14,990 nucleotides of DNA, taken from NCBI GenBank assembly GCA_964636085.1, contig CAZWPQ010000012.1, forward strand, positions 1 through 14,990, in the 5' to 3' direction. Made by a program: the position numbers and the translations under genes. This document shows positions 7,205-14,170 of this stretch, piece after piece. The notes beneath the pieces were generated by a model. That model was not told the DNA's origin. It saw only the letters and a program-made list of their open reading frames with translations, and did no database searches. The stretch is from an uncultured Nitrososphaerota archaeon. GTDB taxonomy: Archaea; Asgardarchaeota; Njordarchaeia; Njordarchaeales; Panguiarchaeaceae. Positions within the stretch are counted from its first letter, which is position 1; every line of letters starts with the position of its first letter.

Positions 7205-8422
7205 ATGCGTATCGCGTTTTTAAGCATACACGGTTATGTGGATCCTGTTCCAAATCCAGGCCTAACGGATACAGGAGGCCAGGTTGTGTATGTACTGGAA
7301 ATGGCCAAGAAATTGGGCGAGGAAAACGTTAGTGTGGATATATTTACCAGACGATTTGGAGGGAGGAAAGAGCTTGAGCCCGTGGCTAGGAATGTAAGGA
7401 TTATAAGAATACCATGCGGCCCACCAAGATTTGTGCCAAAAGAAAAACTATACCTCTATCTAGAGGAATATGCTAGAAATTTTTTGAGATATATAGAAAT
7501 GGTTGGGTTGAAGTATGACATAATACATTCTCACTACTGGGATGCAGGCTTCGTGGCTTTGATTGCTAGGGAAGAGCTAGGAGTACCCATGTTTCATACA
7601 TCTCACTCCCTAGGGTTGCTAAAGAAAATAATGCTGGGAGATATTGGCAAAAAAGTAGAATATGGGTTTGATGTAAGAATAGAAACCGAGAGAAAAATTT
7701 TAAGAATGGCTGACAAGTTGGTATCCGCATCACCCATAGAGCCCGAATATGTAACTAGGTACTATGGGATAGTGAGAGAATTTGATATAATCCCGCCTGG
7801 TGTCGATATAAGGTTTTTTAATCCAAAGACAAAGAATATAGATATTGATGTTCCTAAAATATATGTATTCACAACTGGCCGCATAGAGTGGACTAAAGGT
7901 TTTGATCTTCTCGTAAAGGCCTTTGGTAAGGCTGTTAAGTATTTAGGGGATGTAAAATTATTGATAGGTGGGGGATCACTGTCGCCCTCAAAATTGGAGA
8001 AAGAGATACGGGATAGGATATCAAGGCTATCGAGAGGGCTCGGGATAAGTGACAAGGTTGTTCAATTGGGTAGAATTCCCAATGATTTGTTGCCAGCGTA
8101 TTATGCGAAGTCTAGGGTAGTGGTGCTTCCATCACGGTATGACCTATTTGGCATGGTCGCGATTGAGGCCCTAGCCTGCGGTAGACCAGTAATTGTTTCG
8201 AAATACGCTGGGGTGCATAAGTTAATAAGGGATGATTTCGGGTATATTGTCGATCCGCTCGACGAAGAGGATCTAGCTGAAAAGATAATATTACTGGTGA
8301 GGGATCGATATAGAGCGGATAGGATGGGCCATAGGGGACGTATGTACGTGGAGAAGAATTTGACATGGAAAAAACTGGCGCTAGATCTAAAAGCGATTTA
8401 TGAAAATTTTCTGGGACAATAA
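7205..8422 (+). CDS. GT4 glycosyltransferase, sucrose-phosphate synthase / mannosylfructose-phosphate synthase-like
   Basis: Motifs SIHGY...DTGGQVVYVLE, DIFTR, IPCGP..FVPKE, HSHYWDAG, HTSHSLG, IPPG.D, GRI..TKG, PSRYDLFGMVAIEALACG. Confidence 0.85.
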   Translation: MRIAFLSIHGYVDPVPNPGLTDTGGQVVYVLEMAKKLGEENVSVDIFTRRFGGRKELEPVARNVRIIRIPCGPPRFVPKEKLYLYLEEYARNFLRYIEMVGLKYDIIHSHYWDAGFVALIAREELGVPMFHTSHSLGLLKKIMLGDIGKKVEYGFDVRIETERKILRMADKLVSASPIEPEYVTRYYGIVREFDIIPPGVDIRFFNPKTKNIDIDVPKIYVFTTGRIEWTKGFDLLVKAFGKAVKYLGDVKLLIGGGSLSPSKLEKEIRDRISRLSRGLGISDKVVQLGRIPNDLLPAYYAKSRVVVLPSRYDLFGMVAIEALACGRPVIVSKYAGVHKLIRDDFGYIVDPLDEEDLAEKIILLVRDRYRADRMGHRGRMYVEKNLTWKKLALDLKAIYENFLGQ

Positions 8423-8430
8423 CTTAACGA

Positions 8431-8438
8431 TTTTTAAA
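8431..8438 (+). promoter_or_regulatory. Putative TATA box for rps7
   Basis: TTTTTAAA preceded by AACGA in the short intergenic region upstream of rps7. Confidence 0.45.
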
Positions 8439-8494
8439 GGCAGATTTCCATACTAGTTTTGAGCAAGGTTAATAGTGAAGGAATGGGGATGTTA

Positions 8495-9166
8495 ATGGTT
8501 TCCGATGTTGAGGAGAAAAAACAAAAAACGCAGGAAGAGGAGGGGAGAGAAGATATAGGCGAGCTGAATCCAGACATAAAATTGTTCGGCAGATGGAGCT
8601 GGGATGGTGTAAAAGTTCGTGATCCGGGGCTATTCCATTATATCTCCCTGAAACCCATATATGTTCCTCATAGCTTTGGAAGGCATGAAAAAACAAGATT
8701 TGCAAAGGCCAATATAAATATTGTGGAGAGGCTTATTAATAGATTGATGGTACCAGGAAGGGAAAGAGGGCTACCCAAGACTGGAAGGTTCTCTGGAAAG
8801 AAGCTTCACGCTATGAGAATTGTTGAAAAAGCATTTGAGATAATCGAAAAACGAACGGGTGAGAACCCGATACAGGTTTTTGTTCGGGCTGTAGAAAATT
8901 GCGCACCAAGAGAAGACATAACGAGTTTTAGAATAGCGGGCATAATCAAAAAGTTTGCCCTAGATATTTCTCCCCAAAGGAGAGTCGATATGGCCCTCAA
9001 GTTCTTAGTGATGGGGTCGAGAAAGAGATCCTGGAGATCTCCACTAAGTATTGCTGAGTCGCTTGCGCAGGAAATAATAGAAGCGGCTAAAAGTCCAGAT
9101 AATGTCAACTCCATAGCTATTAGCAAGAAGATGGAACTAGAGCGTATTGCTGAGGCAGCAAGATAG
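8495..9166 (+). CDS. rps7: 30S ribosomal protein S7 (uS7), archaeal type
   Basis: Motifs IKLFGRWS, V.DPGL..YI, PHSFGRH, IVERLIN, GKK..A..IV..AF.II, NPIQV.V.AVEN.APRE, DISPQRR, ERIA.AAR. Start is uncertain (ATG 8483/8489/8495); GGGGA at 8485-8489 favours 8495. Confidence 0.96.
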   Translation: MVSDVEEKKQKTQEEEGREDIGELNPDIKLFGRWSWDGVKVRDPGLFHYISLKPIYVPHSFGRHEKTRFAKANINIVERLINRLMVPGRERGLPKTGRFSGKKLHAMRIVEKAFEIIEKRTGENPIQVFVRAVENCAPREDITSFRIAGIIKKFALDISPQRRVDMALKFLVMGSRKRSWRSPLSIAESLAQEIIEAAKSPDNVNSIAISKKMELERIAEAAR

Positions 9167-9208
9167 AGGGGGGTATCTAAGTCTTTCTAGATAGATTGGC
9201 TGAAGAAC

Positions 9209-10372
9209 TTGCATACCCTGAAAATTAGTAACCTTGAGGTTTTCTACAAGGTTTCAAGATATTCCGCAGCACATTTAAAGGAACAGGAGTCTGCGGAGGA
9301 GCTAGCTAGATATCTAACTGTGGCGGAAGGTTATGCTGCTGGCGCAAAAAAATCAAGGTTGGGCCCGGAGGCGATCCAAGACCACATATTGAATGAATTA
9401 GAACTATATAAACAAATGGGGTATTTTAGACTTTATGCGTTAAACGGTATAGAGATGTCCGTGAAAAAAGGCAGGATTTTAGCATGTGTTGGGGAATCCG
9501 GTTGTGGAAAATCTACATTGGCTCTATCTATACTCAGAATACTACCTATTAATGCGGAGGCTCACGGCAAAATAGAGCTAGATGGCGTAAATCTAATGGA
9601 GATACCAGAGGAAATAATGCTTAAAATTCGGGCAACAAAATTGGGCTACATAGGCCAAGGAAGCTATACATATCTAAACCCTCTAATGACGAATGCCTTC
9701 CAAGTATTAGAATCTGCGATCGTAGCGGCTGGGAGAGACATGGATGAAGCATTTAAATCATTCATAAAGGCCATCAGGGAGGCGAACTTAGATACGAGAG
9801 TACTCTTATCATTCCCAAGGCGACTTAGTGGTGGGGAAATTAGGAGAGTAGCGTTTGCATTAGCCCTAGCCAAGAATCCTGAATTACTTGTCTGTGATGA
9901 ACCATTTAGAAATATAGACGTGTACTTAGCCAAACAATTGGCATATGTACTGAAGGAACTAATAGAGAGATTGAACATAACAGCAATAATATTTACACAT
10001 AACCTTTCCCTAATGGCAGAAATAGCAGACGATATCGCGGTGATGTATCACGGAATAATTGTAGAAATGGGCGACATAGTCAGCGTATTTAAGAAGCCAT
10101 ACCACCCATACACAAAGGGGCTCATAGGTGCACTGCCAGACCCCAGAAACCCCAAAAAGAAAATAATCTACATCCCAGGAGAGCCACTACCAAGAATGAT
10201 AAAACCAAAATTCTGCCCCTTCTTTAATAGATGCCCCCTAGCAGACGAGGAGTGCATGGAGAAAAAGCCAGATCTAAGGGAATTCGAGGGCAGACTAGTT
10301 GCGTGCCAAAAAATAGAGGAAGTATGGGAAAAAGAACCCATAGACTTCTGGTCCCCTCACCTTGATCCCTGA
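9209..10372 (+). CDS. DppD/OppD-type ABC transporter ATP-binding protein with an N-terminal insertion
   Basis: Walker A GESGCGKS, Q-loop YIGQ, signature LSGGE, Walker B LLVCDEP, H-loop FTH, and a C-terminal HPYT..L + CPF..RC......C...VAC domain. The TTG start has no clear SD. Confidence 0.88.
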   Translation: MHTLKISNLEVFYKVSRYSAAHLKEQESAEELARYLTVAEGYAAGAKKSRLGPEAIQDHILNELELYKQMGYFRLYALNGIEMSVKKGRILACVGESGCGKSTLALSILRILPINAEAHGKIELDGVNLMEIPEEIMLKIRATKLGYIGQGSYTYLNPLMTNAFQVLESAIVAAGRDMDEAFKSFIKAIREANLDTRVLLSFPRRLSGGEIRRVAFALALAKNPELLVCDEPFRNIDVYLAKQLAYVLKELIERLNITAIIFTHNLSLMAEIADDIAVMYHGIIVEMGDIVSVFKKPYHPYTKGLIGALPDPRNPKKKIIYIPGEPLPRMIKPKFCPFFNRCPLADEECMEKKPDLREFEGRLVACQKIEEVWEKEPIDFWSPHLDP

Positions 10373-10403
10373 ATCAAAAATTCGTAGGGAAAATTTGGGA
10401 TCA

Positions 10404-10892
10404 ATGAGGAACATGCTCCAGAAAAAGAAAAAACATATAGCTATCCTAGCTGGAGCAGTATCGTTACTTATTATCTCATGTCTATATTTCTACCATTTCC
10501 ACAATCAAAAGAAATACGTGCTAATAGGAGAACTCTACGCGAATGACTGTGGAGCTCCGAGAGGAGGATTTGAATGGTGTGGACTCTATAATCTGACCAT
10601 AGAGAAGGGGGAGATGGTTCTGAAGCTCGCAGCGGGACTAGGAGACCCACTGATAGTCAATCGATATCCATGCGAAACACTAACCGTAGACGCTGGAAAA
10701 TCCATAAGACTTAAGGTTTATGACCAATCAAAGACAAGATACATAGAGATAGAGCTAACATATTATGAGGAGGATCCAATATGGGGGATAAGGAATATGT
10801 ATATTGCATACTATGTTGACCCGACAATATTTCAGGGATTCAAAGACCACTACTATGTGGAGATAAGAATCTACAAAATAATCGAGAAATAA
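10404..10892 (+). CDS. Hypothetical protein with N-terminal membrane anchor or signal peptide
   Basis: KKKKH followed by hydrophobic IAILAGAVSLLIISCLYFY, then a beta-rich, Tyr-rich domain. The ORF fills the gap between genes. Start could be 10362, 10404 or 10413. Confidence 0.7.
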   Translation: MRNMLQKKKKHIAILAGAVSLLIISCLYFYHFHNQKKYVLIGELYANDCGAPRGGFEWCGLYNLTIEKGEMVLKLAAGLGDPLIVNRYPCETLTVDAGKSIRLKVYDQSKTRYIEIELTYYEEDPIWGIRNMYIAYYVDPTIFQGFKDHYYVEIRIYKIIEK

Positions 10893-10934
10893 ACCCCAAG
10901 AACATACATCATGTTCCCTAAATCATGAAGGGTC

Positions 10935-10978
10935 TTTTAAATAAACAAAAACAAATAAAAAATAATAGACAACGGTGA
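10935..10978 (+). promoter_or_regulatory. Putative TATA box and SD for the rps12-GTPase unit
   Basis: TTTTAAATA at 10935-10943 and GGTGA at 10974-10978, 6 nt before ATG 10985. Confidence 0.5.
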
Positions 10979-10984
10979 GAAATT

Positions 10985-11425
10985 ATGGTTACAAAATCAC
11001 CAAGAGGAGAATTCGCAGCCAGAGTGCTTAGAAAAAAGAGGAAAAAAGCCAGATGGGCAGACCTAGACTACAAGAGAAGGGTACTTAAATTTAAGGAGCG
11101 TTTCGATCCGTTAGAAGGGGCACCACAAGCATTGGGTATAGTGCTTAAAAAGGTTGGTGTTGAAGCCAGAAAGCCTACTGGAGCACTAAGAAAATGTGTC
11201 AAGGTCAAGCTAAAGAAAAATGGAAAAATTGTGACGGCTTTCGTGCCGTGGGATGGAGGCCTATTATACATTAATGAACATGACGAGGTACTCATTCAGC
11301 CAATTGGTGGTGTTAGGGGTAGATCATTTGGAGATATTCCAGGCGTTAAATATCGTGTGATAAAGGTTAATAGAATTTCACTAAAAGAGTTGGTCACTGG
11401 TAGGAAGAAGAAAGAGGCTAGGTAG
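10985..11425 (+). CDS. rps12: 30S ribosomal protein S12 (uS12 / eukaryotic S23 type) with variant decoding loop
   Basis: Motifs [55 protein letters not shown]...GDIPGV.Y.V.KVN..SL. Confidence 0.96.
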   Translation: MVTKSPRGEFAARVLRKKRKKARWADLDYKRRVLKFKERFDPLEGAPQALGIVLKKVGVEARKPTGALRKCVKVKLKKNGKIVTAFVPWDGGLLYINEHDEVLIQPIGGVRGRSFGDIPGVKYRVIKVNRISLKELVTGRKKKEAR

Positions 11426-11455
11426 CATATATTCGATGTCCCGGTGAATATATGC

Positions 11456-12037
11456 ATGAGTAAGCCTAGAGAAGTTAGGCTTAAGGTCGTCCTATTGGGT
11501 GATGGTGGGGTCGGCAAAACTTCTATTGCGCGGAGATACCTCGGCGAGCATTTCAGGACCGATTATAGGGCAACGATTGGCGCAGATTTTTATGTAAGAA
11601 AAGATACTTACAATTTCCAAGGACTAGGTACTTTTGTCTTCCAATATCAGATTTTCGATCTCGCTGGCCAGCCTACCTTTAAGCAAGTTCGTCCAATTTA
11701 TTATCAGAGAGCTAAGGCTGCCATTATGGTGTTTGATGTCTCTAGGCCCGAGACTTTTCAGTCGGTTCCAAGTTGGCTCAGGGAGTTCTGGACTCATGCG
11801 GGCGGGGTATATCCGTTTATTCTAGTCGGAAATAAGGTTGATCTGAGAAAAACACATCCGTGTCTTACTCCTGAGCATGGGAAAAAGTATGCAGAGATAC
11901 TATCGCAGCGCCTAGGTTTTCCTGTTCCCTATGTTGAGACTTCGGCCAAAACTGGGTATAATATAAATGAGGCCTTTAAAACACTTGCCCATACATTAGC
12001 CGTTTGGATTGTGAGGGTTGCCTCCAGACGACGCTAG
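11456..12037 (+). CDS. Rab-like small GTPase (Ras superfamily)
   Basis: G1 GDGGVGKT, G2 YRATIGADF, G3 DLAGQ, G4 NKVD, G5 ETSAK. SD GGTGA at 11443-11447 precedes ATG 11456. Confidence 0.95.
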   Translation: MSKPREVRLKVVLLGDGGVGKTSIARRYLGEHFRTDYRATIGADFYVRKDTYNFQGLGTFVFQYQIFDLAGQPTFKQVRPIYYQRAKAAIMVFDVSRPETFQSVPSWLREFWTHAGGVYPFILVGNKVDLRKTHPCLTPEHGKKYAEILSQRLGFPVPYVETSAKTGYNINEAFKTLAHTLAVWIVRVASRRR

Positions 12038-12044
12038 TTTTTTT
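12038..12044 (+). terminator. Oligo-T terminator after the GTPase gene
   Basis: T7 directly after TAG, before a convergent gene. Confidence 0.5.
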
Positions 12045-12113
12045 GCTGTTGGTTTCTTAATGTTCTTAAAGAAGCGTGTAGGTGAGGAGTAAGGGGGATT
12101 TCTGCGGGCTCCC

Positions 12114-12560
12114 TCATAGTTCGTAGTCCTCATCTCTCTCGTGGGTCTTCTCAAAGAGTCTATTACGTGGATTCGTCAGCATCTTATCGAGTTTCATTTT
12201 TTCTGCATTTTGCCGTATCATTAGAATTATTAGGAGCCTATGTATGTTTGACATGTCTTTCTCTAGTTCGGATGTTATTATAAAAATGAAGGCCAATAAT
12301 ATGATTGATATCACGAAAAATGTGTAGCTACCAAAATTGTCTATTAACCATAAAACAAAATAACACATCATTGCGGAAACTAGTGTTCCCTTAACAAGTA
12401 AGTTGCCATTTCTGAAATTCATGACATATTCACCACTAATTAGTTTCACATAGAATATATGGGGACATATTTTGTGCCAAGCCATCCCAAATTTTTCTGC
12501 AAGTCCGCCAGTTCTCTTCAATAGGAGGGGTTTATCTGAGGAACTATCGTATTTCTCCAA
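12114..12560 (-). CDS. Hypothetical membrane protein (two adjacent TM helices)
   Basis: Only long ORF in this gap. Hydrophobic segments TLVSAMMCYFVLWLI and YTFFVISIILLAFIFIIT are followed by a charged helical tail. The TTG start is uncertain. Confidence 0.6.
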   Translation of the reverse strand: MEKYDSSSDKPLLLKRTGGLAEKFGMAWHKICPHIFYVKLISGEYVMNFRNGNLLVKGTLVSAMMCYFVLWLIDNFGSYTFFVISIILLAFIFIITSELEKDMSNIHRLLIILMIRQNAEKMKLDKMLTNPRNRLFEKTHERDEDYEL

Positions 12561-12589
12561 TCATGCGATTTTATATACATAACTTTAAA

Positions 12590-12643
12590 TACCTAGTAAC
12601 ATTATATACTGTGTATGGCTAGGTATGTAGTATAACTAGGTAT
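12590..12643. promoter_or_regulatory. Three tandem imperfect palindromes (TACCTAG-N5-CTAGGTA), probable PadR operator
   Basis: TACCTAGTAACATTATATA (12590-12608), TACTGTGTATGGCTAGGTA (12607-12625) and TATGTAGTATAACTAGGTA (12624-12642) recur with a 17-bp period directly upstream of padR. Confidence 0.65.
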
Positions 12644-12656
12644 ATTCGTCTGAAGG

Positions 12657-13016
12657 ATGATGCAGATGAGCAAATTTTTGGGTGTTGGGAAGTGGAGGAG
12701 AGAGATAAGGAGAGGTGTCATAAAGATGTGTGTTCTTGCGCTACTATGCAGGAAGGAAATGTATGGTTACGAGATTTCTAAAGCTCTGAGTCTATCTGGA
12801 AATAGTGTGCTGTACGTTAAGGAGGGGACTCTTTATCCCCTTTTGAGGCGTCTTGAGGAGGATGGCTATGTGGTTGGTGAATGGAGGTTGGTTGGTGGTA
12901 AAGCTAGGAGGTATTATAGGATAACCCATAAGGGCCGAGAGGTTCTGTATTTGATGAGGGAGTTCTGGGATAAGCTTAGGGATGCCGTAGATAATATATT
13001 TCATGGAGGGGAATAA
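12657..13016 (+). CDS. PadR-family transcriptional regulator
   Basis: Motifs RRG.IKMCVLALL, MYGYEI, EGTLYPLLRRLEEDGYV, RRYYRIT.KG, W..L...V. Start is 12657, 12660 or 12666. Confidence 0.93.
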   Translation: MMQMSKFLGVGKWRREIRRGVIKMCVLALLCRKEMYGYEISKALSLSGNSVLYVKEGTLYPLLRRLEEDGYVVGEWRLVGGKARRYYRITHKGREVLYLMREFWDKLRDAVDNIFHGGE

Positions 13017-13018
13017 TT

Positions 13019-14113
13019 ATGGAGAGTTCTGATGCACTTCGCATTATTGATGAATATCTAGAGGAGGTTAGGAGATATCTTCCAGACGATATAGCTGATG
13101 ATATTGTGAGTGAGTTACGGGTAAATATCATGGACCGCGTGGAGGATATGGGAGGTCTAACCGTAGAAAACGTATACACAGTCCTCAGCGATTTGGGCCC
13201 ACCAAGAAAGCTAGCAAGCAAGTACGTTGTGGGGCGGGGAAAGAGAAAAATAAGATTTGAACTTGGAATCAGCGAGGATCTCTACCCATACTTCATACAA
13301 CTATCCCTCCTAATGTTTATTGTAATGGTCTTGGCATACACGATTAAGATGATGAACTATGTATTCTCCACAAATGAAGTATCGATAGCTAAAATAACGG
13401 TAATATTCTTAGAGATGGGGATCTCCATAATTTTGGCAATCCTAATGTTGTACATTCTTATGTCCTTTGTTTCGAGTAACCCAGACCTAAAGGAAGCCAT
13501 CAGGGAGATAATAGCAGATATATTTGGGGCACGCAAGACACATGAGCACGATGTTGAGGAGAAGAAGAAGGCTAGGCGAAAAATGGTTGCCAGACCTAGA
13601 GAAACTTTACCCAGAGAAGCCAAGCCCCACGCAGTGCCTTATCTTATTTCATCAGTGGCAACGTTTATTTTATCATATGTAATCTACATATATGGAATGT
13701 CTCTAGGTTTCAACTGGTTGATGATGTTTCTAGTGGAGACTCTTGTTGTCCTGCTGGCATTTAGTGGGGCTATATCTCTTATACATTTCTTCTATGTGCT
13801 TTATTATGAGGAGAAAAGCTTTGCTTTAGAAACGCTTCATTCTCTAACCCCCCTGTTTCTTGTTCCCTGGTTACTCCTTGCAAACATATTCACAGAAGAT
13901 ATACAAATAATCATTGTTGATACAGCAAAATTGGAGAATGAGTCCTCCAACATCTTTGAGGCCCTAAAAATAGCTCCAATACCATCAGAATATATCATCC
14001 TAGCAAAACTACTCACAATAATACTCCTTATCGCCATAATTGTGGGAGAGATACTAGTCATCCTTAGATACGCCAGAACAATGCCTAGAAAGGAACAAAA
14101 TCCCAACATTTAG
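13019..14113 (+). CDS. HAAS-domain multi-pass membrane protein (PadR partner)
   Basis: N-terminal IDEYLEEVRRYLP....DIVSELR.NI.D...VLSDLGPPRKLASKY is a HAAS/DUF1700-type signature, followed by about six TM segments. Strong SD GGAGGGG, 2 nt after the padR stop. Confidence 0.8.
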   Translation: MESSDALRIIDEYLEEVRRYLPDDIADDIVSELRVNIMDRVEDMGGLTVENVYTVLSDLGPPRKLASKYVVGRGKRKIRFELGISEDLYPYFIQLSLLMFIVMVLAYTIKMMNYVFSTNEVSIAKITVIFLEMGISIILAILMLYILMSFVSSNPDLKEAIREIIADIFGARKTHEHDVEEKKKARRKMVARPRETLPREAKPHAVPYLISSVATFILSYVIYIYGMSLGFNWLMMFLVETLVVLLAFSGAISLIHFFYVLYYEEKSFALETLHSLTPLFLVPWLLLANIFTEDIQIIIVDTAKLENESSNIFEALKIAPIPSEYIILAKLLTIILLIAIIVGEILVILRYARTMPRKEQNPNI

Positions 14114-14170
14114 TACATTAAGTTTTTATAATTATCGCTGACTAATTGAATAGAGATTGAGGGTTTCATT

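Noticed and set aside
9196-9228. Out-of-frame TTG GCT GAA GAA CTT (MAEEL) resembling an alternative N-terminus for the ABC ATPase, implying a frameshift
   Set aside because: Too short to distinguish from chance, and the in-frame TTG at 9209 already includes the first beta strand.
12092-12114. Weak GC-rich hairpin AGGGGG...CTCCCT between convergent genes
   Set aside because: Only about 6 bp including a G-U pair, which is within chance expectation.
12590-12643. Short repeats considered as a mini-CRISPR or transposon end
   Set aside because: The 17-bp period leaves no spacers and no cas or transposase gene is nearby; an operator explains them better.
147-14109. Numerous 60-167 aa antisense or alternate-frame ORFs (e.g. 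1979-2344, 2780-3241, 3856-4359, 5041-5394, 8806-9126, 11634-11825)
   Set aside because: They overlap well-supported genes, are mostly Ser/Ile/Pro/Phe-rich as expected for reverse-complement shadows, and show no motifs.
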